Origin: Phoronis australis
Lineage: Eukaryota; Animalia; Phoronida
Direction of reading: 5' to 3'
Length of the DNA: 64,000 bases
NCBI GenBank assembly: GCA_002633005.1
Contig: NMRA01000061.1
Span: forward strand, 262,957-326,956
Below, piece by piece: positions 1-13,915 of the stretch; positions within the stretch are counted from its first letter, which is position 1, and each line of letters opens with the position of its first letter. The position numbers were made by a program, and so were the translations under genes. The notes below the pieces were generated by a model, which was not told where the DNA came from, searched no databases, and saw nothing but the letters and a program-made list of their open reading frames with translations.

Positions 1-559
1 AAAACAAAACGGCGGGAACCATAGTAAGAAAAACCGCAGTTAAACATATGATAAAGTATGATAACAACACACGCAAAGAACTATTTCGGTCATTTTTTTG
101 CTTGCCCTACATTTTTCATTCTTGGTCCAACTAAATCTTTGGGCTGTCACAGCTCCGACACTCTCCAGAAATTACTCCCCCGGTAGATTCGTAGGAACCC
201 TCACAGTCATAAAGATTTCCTATCAAGTTCAACATATACAATGTTTTTTAGCGTTGACTGAAAATTCATTATTCATTTCAACACTGACACGCATGATGTA
301 AGCCAAGTGTTGACTTATGGGAACACATTAACTTTACCTTTTCACGTTTATTCACTTGTTCAATGCCGAGATGGACTCGCCAATTACAGGAAACAGCTTA
401 CAATATGTGGCTTAGCTAATTGTCGAGGATTCAAAATTGGTTGTGTACGGTTTTAATTACGTCTCTGGTTTGATGAAGCTAGGAGACCACACAAACGCAC
501 CAATAATCAGTGAGTAATTAGGTGATATCAGACTTCCTGAGATTCCGCACAAAATTCAC

Positions 560-1030
560 GCGTGGAACACGAAAACTCGTAAAAATACCTATAAACAGAT
601 CGTGGCGAATCTACTTCTTGAGGTTGCTAACGTGAGAGTTATTCATTATGCATACTGCAAGAATTTAGTAGAAAAAAATCATCAGATTCACAATTTTTGA
701 AACACAGACGAGATAAAAACTCTTTTACCCCAATACAATTTTCAAACTTTCCGCCCCTAATAATAACATATATGCGAGCATGCGTTCAAAGAAGTTGGAG
801 TGGCTGTTGCTTGTAATGTTTTATTTATCTCAAAGGTCAAATTTTTCGTTCCAAATAAGGAGTCACGTGCTTTGCCAGGTGGGAGAAAAATCGACTAACT
901 GACGAGCAGTTGACAGATCGCTTTTTTAATTTGAAAGTAATACAAAAATGCTTTGACATCAATAGAAATTCAAAATTTTTAGTAACAAACCGAAAAAATA
1001 CCTGTTTCAGTAGCAGAGAACCGCTCTGAA
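560..1030. mobile_element. Diverged inverted copy of the 15961-16531 element
   Basis: Colinear similarity, e.g. GATCGTGG.GAATCTACTTCTTG, ATGCTTTGACATCAA.AGAAATTCAAA, GTGGGAGAAAAATCGACTAA. Confidence 0.75.
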
Positions 1031-1090
1031 TAATACATTGCAACTTATTGAATTCTACTGAACTTACAAGAGCGGCTCACCATAGGAGGC

Positions 1091-1347
1091 TGGGCGGTGC
1101 AGCACTGAAAAAAGTGGGGCTATAGCCCCCCCCCAGCCCCCCTGTGGTGCACCACCTATAGACCATGTGCGGCGTAGCACTGAAAAAGTGGGGGGGCTAT
1201 TGCCCCCAGCCCCCTATGGTGCGCCGCCCATGTATAGCCCCCACTTATTTCAGTGCTGCGCCGCCAATGGACATGGACATGGGGTCGCACCATAAGGGGC
1301 TGGGGTGGGCTATAGTGCCACCTATTTCAGTGCTGCGCCGCCCATGA
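1091..1347. repeat. Cluster of four ~65-70-bp GC-rich mini-MITE units (two forward, two reverse)
   Basis: Unit ~CATGGGCGGCGCAGCACTGAAAAAGTGGGG..GCTATAGCCCCC..GGTGCGCCGCCCATG with its own TIRs. Confidence 0.75.
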
Positions 1348-4300
1348 CTTAGACTGTTCTTCACGTTCTATGACACTTCAAGCACACTAGCCACACACGA
1401 TGCACTTGCTTCTAGTAATCAACGCGCAGCAGTTTTTGCATTGTGTGAAGGGTCTTCGTTAGCGTTGTATTAGCCGCGACTCTCGCCGATCCCACGAATG
1501 TCATAGTGCTTAGTGGATAATTTTTGTCGAGCTCAATCAAAGAGGGTGCACGGGTATCGTTTGTACGATTGCTCAGGATATGCGCTCGTGCGTGCTCTCT
1601 AAATGGCTCTTTTGGAGTGTAGCTGGTCACGTGACACGTCTGTTAAGCACGCGAAGCTGGCTCCGTGAGCGGACAAACTGTGCAGTGCAGCCATTGCCAC
1701 GCATAAATTGGTGTCGCTGCTTTTAACTCGTCGTGTGCGGCTAGATAATTTAATGTTTCCCGAGACCAGTCAAACCTCGTAAGCTAAATTAAAACATGGG
1801 TCATATTTCCCTTTGTTGATCAATGTGGCCCCCAATATATTTTAGTAGTAAATACCTGTGAAACATGACGGTAATGCGCTTGGTTTCGCACGGATTTCGT
1901 TCTCTTCATTCTTCACGAAGTGATAACTTGTACGTGTGATAGGAAGGCGCTTTTTAGATAAAAATATTTAGTTAAGATCTCTTTTGTTATTCTTTGGTCG
2001 AAGAGTTGTTCATAGCAGATTTAATTAGAGACTCTGTGAGTAGTTTTGCAGTGGCCTTCTGGAGCAGCGTCAGTGAATTTCATAGTAGGCAACTTGTGTG
2101 AACCGATAGTTCTCACCGGGAGCGGGCTAACTTTTGAGTGAAAATACAATAAAAATAATTTTGCCCAACGTGTTTAGACTGCCCTGTCAATAAATTTGCT
2201 CTTTTTGGTTTTCTTTGATCATTTGAGTTAAATTCAATGATATTACTAGAATAATTTACTTGGCACGTATTAAAATCGGTCATTCTGATGAACGTTTTCT
2301 AACAGTCAAGGTCGCACCTTTTTTAGTCGTGTGATCTGTAATTTGCATATCTAAGACAAAGAAATGAAAAGAAGATAACTACAGTTTTCGCAGTGTATTT
2401 ACATTTAACGTGTTATTCACAGGTAACCCTTCCCATTGACAAGGTTACGTTTATTTTATTCTATCAATCAAAAAGTATATCGGTTGAGCAGCTCCAGTAT
2501 GCCCACGTAATACCAGGTGATGCATTGCCTAGCATTGGCCCTGCACTAAAATGTCCCGTTGATGCGGCAAAATTGTTTCTACTGCTTTGACGGCTGTCGC
2601 GTGTCCAAAATGAATTCTTCGGAACTCGATTTTAGATATGTACTCCTAGTGTACCATGTTCCCCCTCCCCACCCGCTCACCCCCTCTACACCAATGCCTT
2701 GTCTAAGGTAGACGAAACTGATGAGAGTGCCAAAGAATACTAATCGTATTGCGTAATATGTCTCGTTGGAAGATGAGTGAAGTGGTTTTACAACTGTCGC
2801 AAAAGAAACAAAGACCGAATAGTGCCACGGGCGGACCCCGTGGGAAAGGGTCATTGACCTCCGTATGTACATGAAGTTTAGACACATAACCTGCGTGTTA
2901 TTAAGTTTCCGCAGATATGCCGGTACAGGTAGAAATCCTTTTAACACAAGTTTGTCTAAATTGTGCAAATCGTATCGCTACCAGCGGTGGTTGCGATACT
3001 GAAATATTGAAATATTAACCTAAGTATAGTCTGGCACCCTCCGTGTGCTAAAGAACACAGAAAAATTAGGTGATAAAATGAGGTAGCAATATTTGTTGAT
3101 CTACACAAAATGTTTCTTCCCGGCCATGCCATTTTACAATAGTACTTCAGTCGATAACTTAATTCCTGATTCTAGAAATGATGTAAAAAGTGAACCAACC
3201 TAACATATACATTTTCAACACACCTACTGACCCAAGTTTTTACTTGTAGGAGTAATATTTGGAAACAAGCACAGGCATATACTCACACGATTCAACCAGG
3301 ACGGAATGCTTTCTTAAGCGGGGTCGGAAATAGACGATCGACGGGATGGACTTTTTAGAACCGTCTCCTCCACAGACAATCTAAATTAGTTGGGGTCGTC
3401 TGCTGCAGCGCACTTTCCCACATTCCTTGTTAGAATTTCATTGGCTGTTTCGATTTCAAAAAATAAGGCATTCTATTGGTCAGTTCTATAATAGGTTACA
3501 TTTTTTCACCAACATGGCGACTTAGAGTGAAAGACTGTCGATGACTTTACACCTGTATGAATACGGGGCAAGGGAAAGTAAACAACACTATGGAGCGGAC
3601 CAATACCTTTTATTTTTCCAAAAAGCCACACAACAGACACGATATGTAAATTAAAAACTTCTTAATTTCAACTCATTCGCCCTTTTTAATCATCTTTATT
3701 GAGGGTAACGACCAGCACTAAAACAGCTATATCTCTTCATTTTAGTTCGCATTTCTTTTGGAACACGTCACTTGAAAAGTTATAACGTTCGCCAAGTCGA
3801 GGACCCGCTGTTCAGATAAAACGATCTTGATATGGCTTAAAACGCCGAAACAAACGCCGCACGAGCTCCAGCACACGGCACAGTCATGAAGAACTAACAA
3901 TTTCAAGTCGCCTGATAAATTTCTGTGTAAGACGCAAAGTCAAATCAACTGCCATTTACCATAACCTAGATGTCATTAAGCCACAGAAATTAATTCACTT
4001 CCCAATATAAATGTGCGCCCCAGGCTGTGCACACTCGAAGTGGCGTTTGAAATTCTTTGCAAATACACCGAGCCTTGAGGGCATTCTTATTTGCGATGAC
4101 TCTTCACACCATGACGAATTAAAGAAACGAGCATGAAATGAATTGCCTGACTCTCCATGTGGCCAAATTTCACTTCACGAGAGAAACTGAAAGCCCATAA
4201 CAACCTCAAAACGAATTCATAAGTTTGTCTATAACTATGAACGAGCTATGCACGAGAAGCTATTGAAATCAGATGGACTTGATTGCGAAACGTGTGCTGG

Positions 4301-4740
4301 CGAGCGTACTGTCTCAGAAGCTCGCCTTACTTCGAAAAATACACGTCTGCAGAAATACACACGCAAATAGACGGAAGGGAAGGAGACAGCCGTCGATCCT
4401 TAGCCCACACTCTTTCACAGTGCTACGCGGAAAGCTAGCACAGTCGAATGTTTAGTATGGATTCTAATTGATTAAAGTAATGAAATCGACGTCATAACAT
4501 TCAGTCATTGCCATTGGTTGAAATCTGGGAACCCCCTTTCAGTTTACTGTTACCAGGAAGAGATAATCAGGAAGTACACTGTAGTATGGCAACCACCTTT
4601 ACCTCGGATAGTTGCAATTTATTAAAACGGGCTTTGATCGAATAAACGAAATCAAGAGAACCCAATCCTGTGTCTTAAACCCAAACAAATACAGTGCATA
4701 AAGGCGTGTGCAAGGGTGGCGATGTGATCGGTATACTTAC

Positions 4741-5002
4741 GACCAAAGCATACGCATTGATGCCCACTCACGGAATTCCATGTGTCGTTTATCATGTTTC
4801 CACAGGGCCACCTTACAATGTAGGTGGCGCTGTGCCAGAGGGTAAGCGGAAGTCGCCGCATGGCATATGAAGAAAAATTCGCGGTGTCGTCAACCCCAGA
4901 TTGAATGTCCAAAACCAACAATAAGTGTAAAGCAACAAAAATGCCCATGACAAAAATAGCCATGGGGATTAAAGAACACGGTCGACCTTTAACTTTTGTC
5001 AT
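4741..5002 (-). CDS. Candidate first coding exon of an unidentified type II membrane protein
   Basis: ATG, short basic N-terminus, hydrophobic IPMAIFVMGIFVALHLLLVL, then a strong GTAAGT donor at 4740; no family recognised. Confidence 0.3.
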
Positions 5003-6628
5003 TTCATAATCATTGTCACATGTTTAGTCTCGAAAACATTTACCATTTACTGCGACATAATTAGATCGCGCGGTCTAATTACCACACGTACAGCTTTCAG
5101 TTGCATAAAATGTCACTATTGCACTGACAATTTTTGCATAATACATGTACCGATACCCCGGCGGGAGCACTCAGACGTGGCAAATCAATTCTGAACGTGG
5201 AGGGGTATTCAAAAGCAAAGTGCAATAATAATAGTAATTTGCATTCTTTTTTTCTCCCAATGTATCCGTACTAAATAATGCTGTTACTGCGTTGATCTTT
5301 GCGTTGATCTTTGCATTAGATTTCAACCGCGTTACTATATAATAAGCAAGCATTTCGGGAAAATGCCTTTCCAGACGTTAACAAAATGAGGCTCAGACGT
5401 TTGAACCGATTCCTTACTGCTGACGAGCCCAACGGTGTCACCATATAGTTGCCCTCTTACTATGAAAACGCACCGGATTTTAGGCATTCGGCGGCGCTTT
5501 CTGACATCGAGGTTGGTCCAGATATCAATCTAGTTCATTTCAAGCGTCCCCGTGATCTTTTGTCAGCATCATAGATCGCAAGCCGATCATCTATCACGAT
5601 TCACAGAGGGTAACAAACAACCGAAACCTAATGCATCCATTTCGGCCATTTCCTCCCTTTTCTGTAAAAATGATCTTAGCTCAGCTTTTCATGAGTAATT
5701 CAATTTCAGAAGTTAAATACTTTCAAAAATGACCAATTTTATTCCACAATATACCAGCTTATAGTTTTATTGCCTTGAACCCTTCATTTACGCAGTAATT
5801 GCATTACGATAAGGGTTCAGAAGGGTGACTGTACTCACGACAGACATTTGCTCGACGACAGGTCCCATTCTGATAAAATTCCAACAAAATGGATCCTTTT
5901 CAGATTTGATTTCCTACAAATGACAGTTCGAAGTATTCCAAAGATTAATTTCTAACAACAAAAATTTATTAAGGATTTTAAATATCATCCATATTTTTGT
6001 AAAATTGATTTAAAAGATGTAATCATTTTGACAACCTGGAATTCCTTCTTGTTCAGTTTCAGGCTTCATTAGTTAAAAATTCAGTTGTCCATCTGAACTA
6101 AATTTTATTGTATATTTGGCGTCTTGTACATGGGTACTTCAGTGAAGTCTTTGCTTGTTTTACAGTACTCATCCTTTCCAATGACTTTCCATTGTCGATG
6201 AGTTATACAGCAGGTGGAACTTGGTCCCAAACAAAGATCGAGTATAGAAGCCAATCATTTTGTAGCTAGCAATTGACAAGGGCGTCACGCAGTGGCGAGA
6301 TTGCGAAACTCACGGGACGTACGACAGATAATAATTATTGAAGTCAGTGGAAGACCCTTTAATACATATATAGTTGAATGAGAAGTCTGTGATAATTTAA
6401 AATAAGCTTCCATGTTGGTGACATGTCAGAATGCTTAGAAGATTACTCGCCTACGTTCAGACCTAGTGAAGACTATTAGCATGCATTTCTCTTCGTGAAA
6501 CGGAAATTGTAACTTCTATCACATAATTTATGAATTCTATCCCATAATTCAACATTCCAACTCCGATCACCAACCAATCACTTCAGTGGCCGCCACGCTA
6601 GTATAAGGTGTGGAGCATACTCACGAAA

Positions 6629-7004
6629 CACTTGACTTTCGCATTTGCGTAACCTCGCTTTTCCCGGAATAAACTTGGTCTACAGAGCAATACCTAATTA
6701 CGCCATAGGACTACAATTAATAAACTAGAAGGCTACGAGGTATCAGGGGTGTTATATAAAAATGAAACTAACACACTGCAACTCTCACCTTTCTGAATTC
6801 TTAACTAACCACTTGACGTGTTATTTGCGTGACCTTGCTTTTCTCGGAAGAAACTGGTCTACAGAGCAATACCCAGTTACGCCATAGGACTACAGTAAAT
6901 AAGCAAGAAGGCTATGAGGGATAGGGGTGTTATATAAAAATAAACCTAACACTCTGCAACTCTCACCTTTCTTGAATTGTTGTCTAATCACTTGACGTGT
7001 TATA
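6629..7004. repeat. Tandem duplication of a ~180-bp unit (2 copies plus partial)
   Basis: TGGTCTACAGAGCAATACC..TTACGCCATAGGACTACA and GGGGTGTTATATAAAAAT..CTGCAACTCTCACCTTTCT each occur twice. Confidence 0.85.
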
Positions 7005-9160
7005 TCGACAATCTTGTGATACAAGGATGCTTTTAGGTAAAAATCTAATCATTACGTTGCTAAGTTTGAGAAATGAATGAAAGAGTACTGAAACCAACGC
7101 AACGAACGGAAATATGGTGTGACAGCGCAACACCAGATGGCGTTAAGCACAGAAAACACGATAGAAAGAAGCTAGGAGATCGTAAGCCTCGCCGTAGCTA
7201 AGCCACGTTCCGTAGCCTCGAATTATGACCATGACACGTCTTATTAAAAGTGTCTTGGCCATGACGTCGTGATTTTTGTACGTTAAGCTACGACTCCTCA
7301 ATTATGGGCCTGAGCTCTAGGAGAACATTTCGTGTGTACTTTCATCTGGCAATTTACTTTTTCTTGCATGGCTGAATAAAGAATTTTTATTCATTATCTA
7401 AAAAGCTCCCATGTTTTAATTAGCTCACTTTGGTTTGTAAATAAACAAAGTTTTAAGAATTAAAGTGTCACACATGTTGAGTCTGGTGAGATGGTTTAAA
7501 CAACAGCATCACACTAGACTGAGAATCCTATTTCTTTGGTACTTGAGGCAGATGTAGGTTATATGTTTACCTCGGGTACCAGAGTAAGATATCCATGGCT
7601 AGGTATATATTTCGAAATGCTTCCAGGTGTCTGGAAAAAACAATGAAAGTACTTTGCCTATTTTACTCTTCTTAACCACCGGTAATTCATTTTGCATGAG
7701 ATGCCAACACCCATTTCATTCAGTTAAAAGTACTGAAGATTTATTCATTGACGTACGATCTAGAATTACATAAATTTGTATATTAAATTAGGATTATTTT
7801 TTTCAATTAAATTGTGTAATGTTGAAAGGGCATCATGTGGAAATAGGTTTTAATAAAACGGGTTCGCGTTACAATTCATTGTGTTCAAAATGAAGCCGAA
7901 AACGTATCTCTGGCTTGTCTGAGAGCAGTACGTTGGTAAACACTTTGATTTTGGTCTAGTTTATGCAAAATAACTGTTAAGATTGAAATCTCAATGGCAT
8001 AACTAGTACTCTGGGAATGGACACTACATACAGAAGAAGGCACCCCACGTTTGACCCTTCTTATGGGTAAGACAGGCACGACCAAGGCTATACACTGAAA
8101 CTGCATCAGCCTAACTTCAAAGCACAAACGTTGATGTACGTTTTACCCAGGCACACAATTACTTACCAACACTACTTTAAAGAAAATATTACCAGAAAAA
8201 TATTCTGCCACAAACAACAGGTACCGCTACTTTTATGAATAAATGAAAGGTGCCAGTACTTCTTTAATCGTTCATAATCAACCTTTCAAACAATTATTTT
8301 AATTGAAACTATATATCTGCATTCAAATACTGGAATATTACAAACTCTGCAATTTTTCCGCACTGCACAACAATCAGCTAATAACTAGGTCTGAGCTTCA
8401 ATTTCAGTTACCAGCTAAGGTGAGGGACTTACACAATTATTTCGGTGCGACAGGGCTTACTTCAGAGGTTGTTTACGAGAATTGGACATTGCGTTCAGCC
8501 AAATTGTCCATCACAAAAGACAATTATCATCTTAGTTAGCCTTTGACGCATTTCATATTCGACGAGCCTACATGAAAATCAAGCTTGTTTACGAAGCTTG
8601 AATAAGCGTCATTGTCGAATATTTGCCGTACACCAGGGTGTACGTGCATGAACAATTTCAATAAATACATGTACGGTCAGAATGCAAGTTTATTGGCGAG
8701 TATTACTACAGGGCTTTATTAACGACTAACGAAAACTTTATGACCATGCGGTATTTAACGAAAATTTTGAGTGACATCAAAATTATGTCGGAATTGGATA
8801 GCATCGAGCCAACCAGAGAGGCATCACAGAGATGGAACAATGATCCCTGTAATTCAGGTGTAACGCCGGTACAGGGGAACAAAATAACGGAGGAACATTA
8901 GGCATGGAAAACAACGGTAGCTTACATGTATATCTGAGAACATCGTCGGTTGAGGAACTGTGGGTGAGGAGGATATGAGTAACCGGAAATGCCTATCTGG
9001 ACCCCAAAAGAGCAACATTTCCTATAAATAGAATAGAAAAAATTACCTTTGCCATCAAGATTGTCTTTAAGATTTGAGTTGTTTTTGAGAATCCAATAGC
9101 TGTTAAGTGGTTGTGCTAACAGCGTTTGACCAAATCCACGTAAGCTTGAAAACATTTTAA

Positions 9161-10472
9161 AGGTCAACGTGAATCTTTTGAAGGGATTAAATGTACTTTT
9201 TGGAAGTTTTTCCTCACCTTAACTAGCTTCACAAATTGACTGAAATGTGCTACGACCGGGTGGAATGGGCCTAAATTGGCCTATGATTGATGATAATGAT
9301 GATTACTTCTATTGCCCACGAACTTTCATAAAAACAAAAAACAAGTACTCAGCGTTGGAAACAGAAGGTTTAAAAAGTGATTTTTCATAAAATCAGCTGT
9401 GCAACGACCCTCAAACAGTAAAACGTTAAACCGAGACTAAAAGCAAAAAATCATTGCAGTGTAAAAAATCCCCCGTTTAGCTGGCCGCTGATTACAAACG
9501 TCACATTAGGCCTGTTACACTCGTGAAATCGGTGTCATTATACTTCTTACCGTGTTGCAAGCAGTTTATCCCGTGATAGGATTCTAGCTCCATTACCAAC
9601 AGCAACGACGAAACCGTCAACGACTCAAGAAAACGCTTCAGTGTTTATTGTAGTTGAACAGCCCTAAAATTACGAATTCGAGAATCGGGCGCATGTACGC
9701 ATTGCCTATGGCTTGGGTTGGCAGTTCATTCGGCAACAAGTCGAAATCGGTTGAGCGTGGTTACGTTTTTGCCTTCCAAAGCACTCAGTTCGATGAGAAT
9801 TCAACATTGACAGCTGAACAGGAGGGAGTGCAACTTTAAGTTCAACGTATCACTCATATGCCTACACTGCTTGTACAGAATATCAGCAGAAATGGAGAAT
9901 GTTGAAATCTTTCATCTTCATTGTGTTCATGAATATGTCCATTGGCGGATTTAGAGGGGGGCCAAGGGGGCCATGGCCCTCTCTAAAATTCTCCCAGATT
10001 CCATTTGACAGTTAAGGGGCAAGAATGTCTGAAGGGCAAAATCCTGGCTAATACTCTACCCTGGCCCCCCTAACACAAAATCCCGGATCCGCCTCTGATG
10101 GCCTCGTGAATATTGTCAACAATAGGAACATTCAGTTGTCACTGTTATGCTGCATGCTCACCGTAGGCTACTTTTGTAACATGTTTTGTGGCACTGAAGT
10201 CGGAGACCAACCTAGTACACCCTAAGAAATGGTGGCCCTCATAAGGCGTATCGCTGACAAAGGTCTTCTAAAGAGTGTCATTCCTAACACAACCATTAAT
10301 TTCTGGCCCCGTTTTTAAAGGAAATAACACTGACATCTGATTAGACAAATTACTGTTTAAAATGTATTCTACTTTGACACAACATGTGGGACTCAATATC
10401 TTTTTAAGCCACGTTTGAATTAACGTACCCCACTTTCATTAAATATTGGCGACTGCCGGGTTCGCTGGACCT
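9161..10472. mobile_element. Putative Kolobok-type non-autonomous element, containing a nested GC-rich MITE (9940-10097)
   Basis: TTAA|AGGTCAACGTGAA ... TTCGCTGGACCT|TTAA imperfect TIRs. Confidence 0.45.
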
Positions 10473-10803
10473 TTAAATTTTGTGTTGCGTGTAAAGGTTA
10501 GCAATTACATTCGTGTTTGCTTTATCTGTGACTCTGTTTTGATTGAAATTCTAATTACTGACCCCTTGAACCAAGGAAGTTTTGTTCTGTCGTGGCTTTT
10601 TTAAACCTTTAGTACTTGCAAGCGAGAAGCTGGAATTTAGCAGGAATATCAAGTTCACACCAGACAATGCATTAATTTTGTTAAAAAATCTAGGTCGTCC
10701 ACACACACTTTTCACCCACTTTCTATAATCTGGAGGATTTGGCAGTCTGCCAGCTCATAGTAATCGCATGCGAATAGCGGCTTTGGGTGAAAACTGATGA
10801 TCT

Positions 10804-11189
10804 GGGTCCGGGTTCTAATCTTTTTACTCAAGTTCGAACTCGAAATTATGTTTGACGCTTTCCATTCTACTTTTCTGCGAACTCAAGATAAGTGTCTATT
10901 ATTCTATGCTCGAGTACGTAATGACTTACGTGGATATTTTTCTTGTCCTAGTTTGCAGTTGATAAACCCAACATTAAGGCTAAAAGTTCGAGTTTGAACT
11001 CGAAATTTCTAGTTTTTACTCGAGTTTGTAGCACGAATATAAGGGTCATCAAGTGTTAACTTGGACCAGACACTCATATGCGTAAACTATAGCACACTCT
11101 GATAACCACTGAGTTCGCACAAATGTAGTAGAGAAACTGCCAAAAATAATTTCGACTTCGTTTCGAGTACAAAGATTAGATTCCGGGCC
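10804..11189. mobile_element. Foldback/palindromic MITE (Harbinger-like GGGYCCG ends)
   Basis: GGGTCCGGGTTCTAATCTTT ... AAAGATTAGATTCCGGGCC; second copy at 21338-21727. Confidence 0.7.
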
Positions 11190-11589
11190 TTGGCCTATTT
11201 TTGTTCGCCTTTGAGTGCAACCACAACAATGCTTGTGGAAAGAGCCATCTTACTTCTGCACATTTTCGATTCCTGAGATTGCGACAAAAGAGGCAGCTCA
11301 CAGTGCCACCTATTGTTTATTGTTATATTAGCATACGTCCCGTTAGGAGCACCCTAGTATGGATGAAAAAGCATCATATGAATGTAACAGGAAGGTATAA
11401 AATCTGCTTTCTCAGAAAAAATGTACAGCTGCAAATTTGGTAATTTTTCCAATACCAAATGCTTGAGGATGTAGGCCTATGTAGCCGCATAGGGAAAAAC
11501 ATGCATCAGTAAAATTCCTCAGTTAACCTTTTGCCCCCTAAGAGCTTGCTCTTTAGCCTATGAAAAGCTGGTCTAGACTCTGCCGCGTC

Positions 11590-12850
11590 AATGTCAGTAC
11601 CACTCTCAGCACACACTGGGCTAACCATGAGCCCTGTTACAATTTATTAGTGCTTGTGTCTGGCTAGGTTACAGCTACCTGTTAAAATTTGAATAACGTG
11701 CCTTATGCCCAAATTGTCACGACTCGGTAGCTTTTTAGCCTTTCGGTTTAATTACGTTGAGAAAGTTCTTCTTGGTTTCTATGGAGGTGTTAATCAATGC
11801 CCACTGGACTGTAGGGTATCGGGATAGAAGGTTCAGGTATATAATGAAGAACGCTTATCCCTATCTTTGTGGGTCTGTCTGCATTTTCATTGCCGTCAAT
11901 TTCTACAAGGGCCCTAACAGATCTCTCGATTGCAAGCTTGTCAAGCTCATTAATGCAAGCATCAACGCAGCAACAGCTGAGTTTTGGTTTCGTTAGGGCT
12001 CTCACTGCTGCTTGACTATCGAAAAAGGTGGTGACTGGATGGTTGTCCAGCTCAGTGTTGTATTGTCGTACTAGTTGAGCAGCTTTGTTAATTTCAGTGA
12101 CCTCTGTCGGGTACACCGTGACAAAATTACTCAGCAAAACCCAGCTTTCTGCATCTGCAATAGATAGGCTTGGAAAACGGATTCCATCACCATGCAGCTT
12201 TGTCAGTTTACAATTTAGAACAGTATGTGTAACAAGCCGCCCCATTCTTGTTTTCTGCTGTAAGAAGCCCGTCAACAATCTCCGTCAACAAATGGTTTGC
12301 GCTATTTAAAACTGTGACCTGACCATCACTAGGCATGTTCAAAAGTTGCCCAGGTTTGGTCAATAGCTTTTTGCACATGTTCCTGTGACTTCTGTGTACA
12401 GCAGAATCAGTGATGTGAGTTTTCATCCAATACACTGACCAATACATCTAAGACGAAGTGGTACGTATGCACAGTGCTGTTAGACCAATCAGCGTGTCTA
12501 GGGCAACTGTACGCATCCTTGAAAAAGCATAGGTGACGCACAAACAAGATTGACGCTTCAGCTAATTAAGTTTGTTGGCAACAGAAAAGGCGATGGGGTA
12601 GAATGACATCTAGATAAGTCGCCTATGCCTACAAAATGAAGATAACTACTACTCGGCATTAAAGACCGGATTGACTATTTACTGAGCTTCTAAATGAACT
12701 TCTGAATGCTTCCACTAATTTCTAAACCAACTACCTTTGCCCAAATAGCGGTTGTATTCAGTGGTCTCTGCACAAAGTAAGAACAGATGTCAGAATCGAT
12801 GCTGAACACATTGAAAGCAATATCGTCTGCATCTGCCTGGAACCATGTCA
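11590..12850 (-). pseudogene. Degenerate LOA/R1-group LINE, 3' part (RT YADD region, RNase H, LTG-C zinc region)
   Basis: WFQADADDIAF..W....GLEIS at ~12720-12845; RNase H TVYPTEV..FFDSQAAVRAL..IDGNENAD; VIQILTGSCNLARH near 11650-11700; stops and frameshifts. Confidence 0.75.
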
Positions 12851-12859
12851 TCCGACAAT

Positions 12860-13915
12860 TGTATTGGTTGGCAGCCGTCTGTCTAAAGAGACGATGGATA
12901 TGCGCCCTCTGTCAGCCATTGGTTGGGCTGCAGCGACAGCTGTGACTAAAATGTCTGATTCTGGAGCGGCAGTTTCTGTTGTAGTTGTCACAGGTGTATA
13001 CTTGGTCCTGTTCAGTAGGTGCAGAGGCTGCCCTATAACTTCTGTGTTCTTTAAGTACTGCATGTTTTTCTTCTCTTCTTTGCTTACTGGTTTTAATGCA
13101 CGATTTGACAGTCGGCCTACACCCACTGCGATGAGAGGCGATCGAGCTTCCCAATCTGTGACGTTGATGTCTTCCGTCTTCAGATCGCGCTTACACACGT
13201 TTTCATAACGAGAAGTGGACCTTTCTGTAGGTCTGGTTCCAATGGCAAGCTCTCCATAAAGTATGTCATGTGGTATTCTCCCATCGTCCATGCTCATTAG
13301 AGACCAACCCAAAAAGGCGCATCTGGGTAAACATTGCGTACATACTAGGCAGGCCCGTCTGAGTTAGCTGAGTTAGAATTTTATTGTTAGAGACTTGATC
13401 ATGCCATTTGATGCTCGAATAATCTTCTCAGGCAGTGCAAATGCAATGAGTTGTGTCTGCGTTTTGGGAAGGTGTATAGGGACCATGATTCGCTGCTGCA
13501 TAGGAGAGTGCTGAGGACGCAAGACTGGCAGACCTTCATCTTGGTGTTGATGGTGAGCAAAAGGTTTTTCCAGACCTGTTCTGTTAGACGAGCTATTGCG
13601 GAGTACACTTTGCCGATCCTGGTGTTGAGATCAGCGTTCAGTGAAAGATCGCTGGTGATAGAACAGGAATAAATTAACTTGTCTACCACCTTGAGGGTAT
13701 AGTCACCAATGGTGATGTTGGGGACACTGGCAACACCCTGAGTTGTGACGTTGGTGTTTTTAAGGCTGACGGTACGGACAAACTCCTTGCATGCATGCAT
13801 GAGCGAAGCAGCCAATGAGACGTTGAAGTGCTTCCTAGCTATGAGCCGTAATGGCAGCATCATCAAAAAGAGCAGCTCTCAGATGAGTAGTCGTCACACT
13901 TTGGTCTAATGTCGT
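12860..13915 (-). pseudogene. 5'-truncated RTE-clade LINE (BovB/Expander-like), nested
   Basis: ELLF-DDAA..AHS, RIGK..AIARL..VW, TKMKV..CVLSTLL..SESW, DGRIPHDILYGEL..G.RP, C-terminal C..C.SRI..FSH..RC. Confidence 0.85.

Noticed and set aside
5418-5445. CTGACGAG hammerhead-like start
   Set aside because: No stem II closure or GAAA follows
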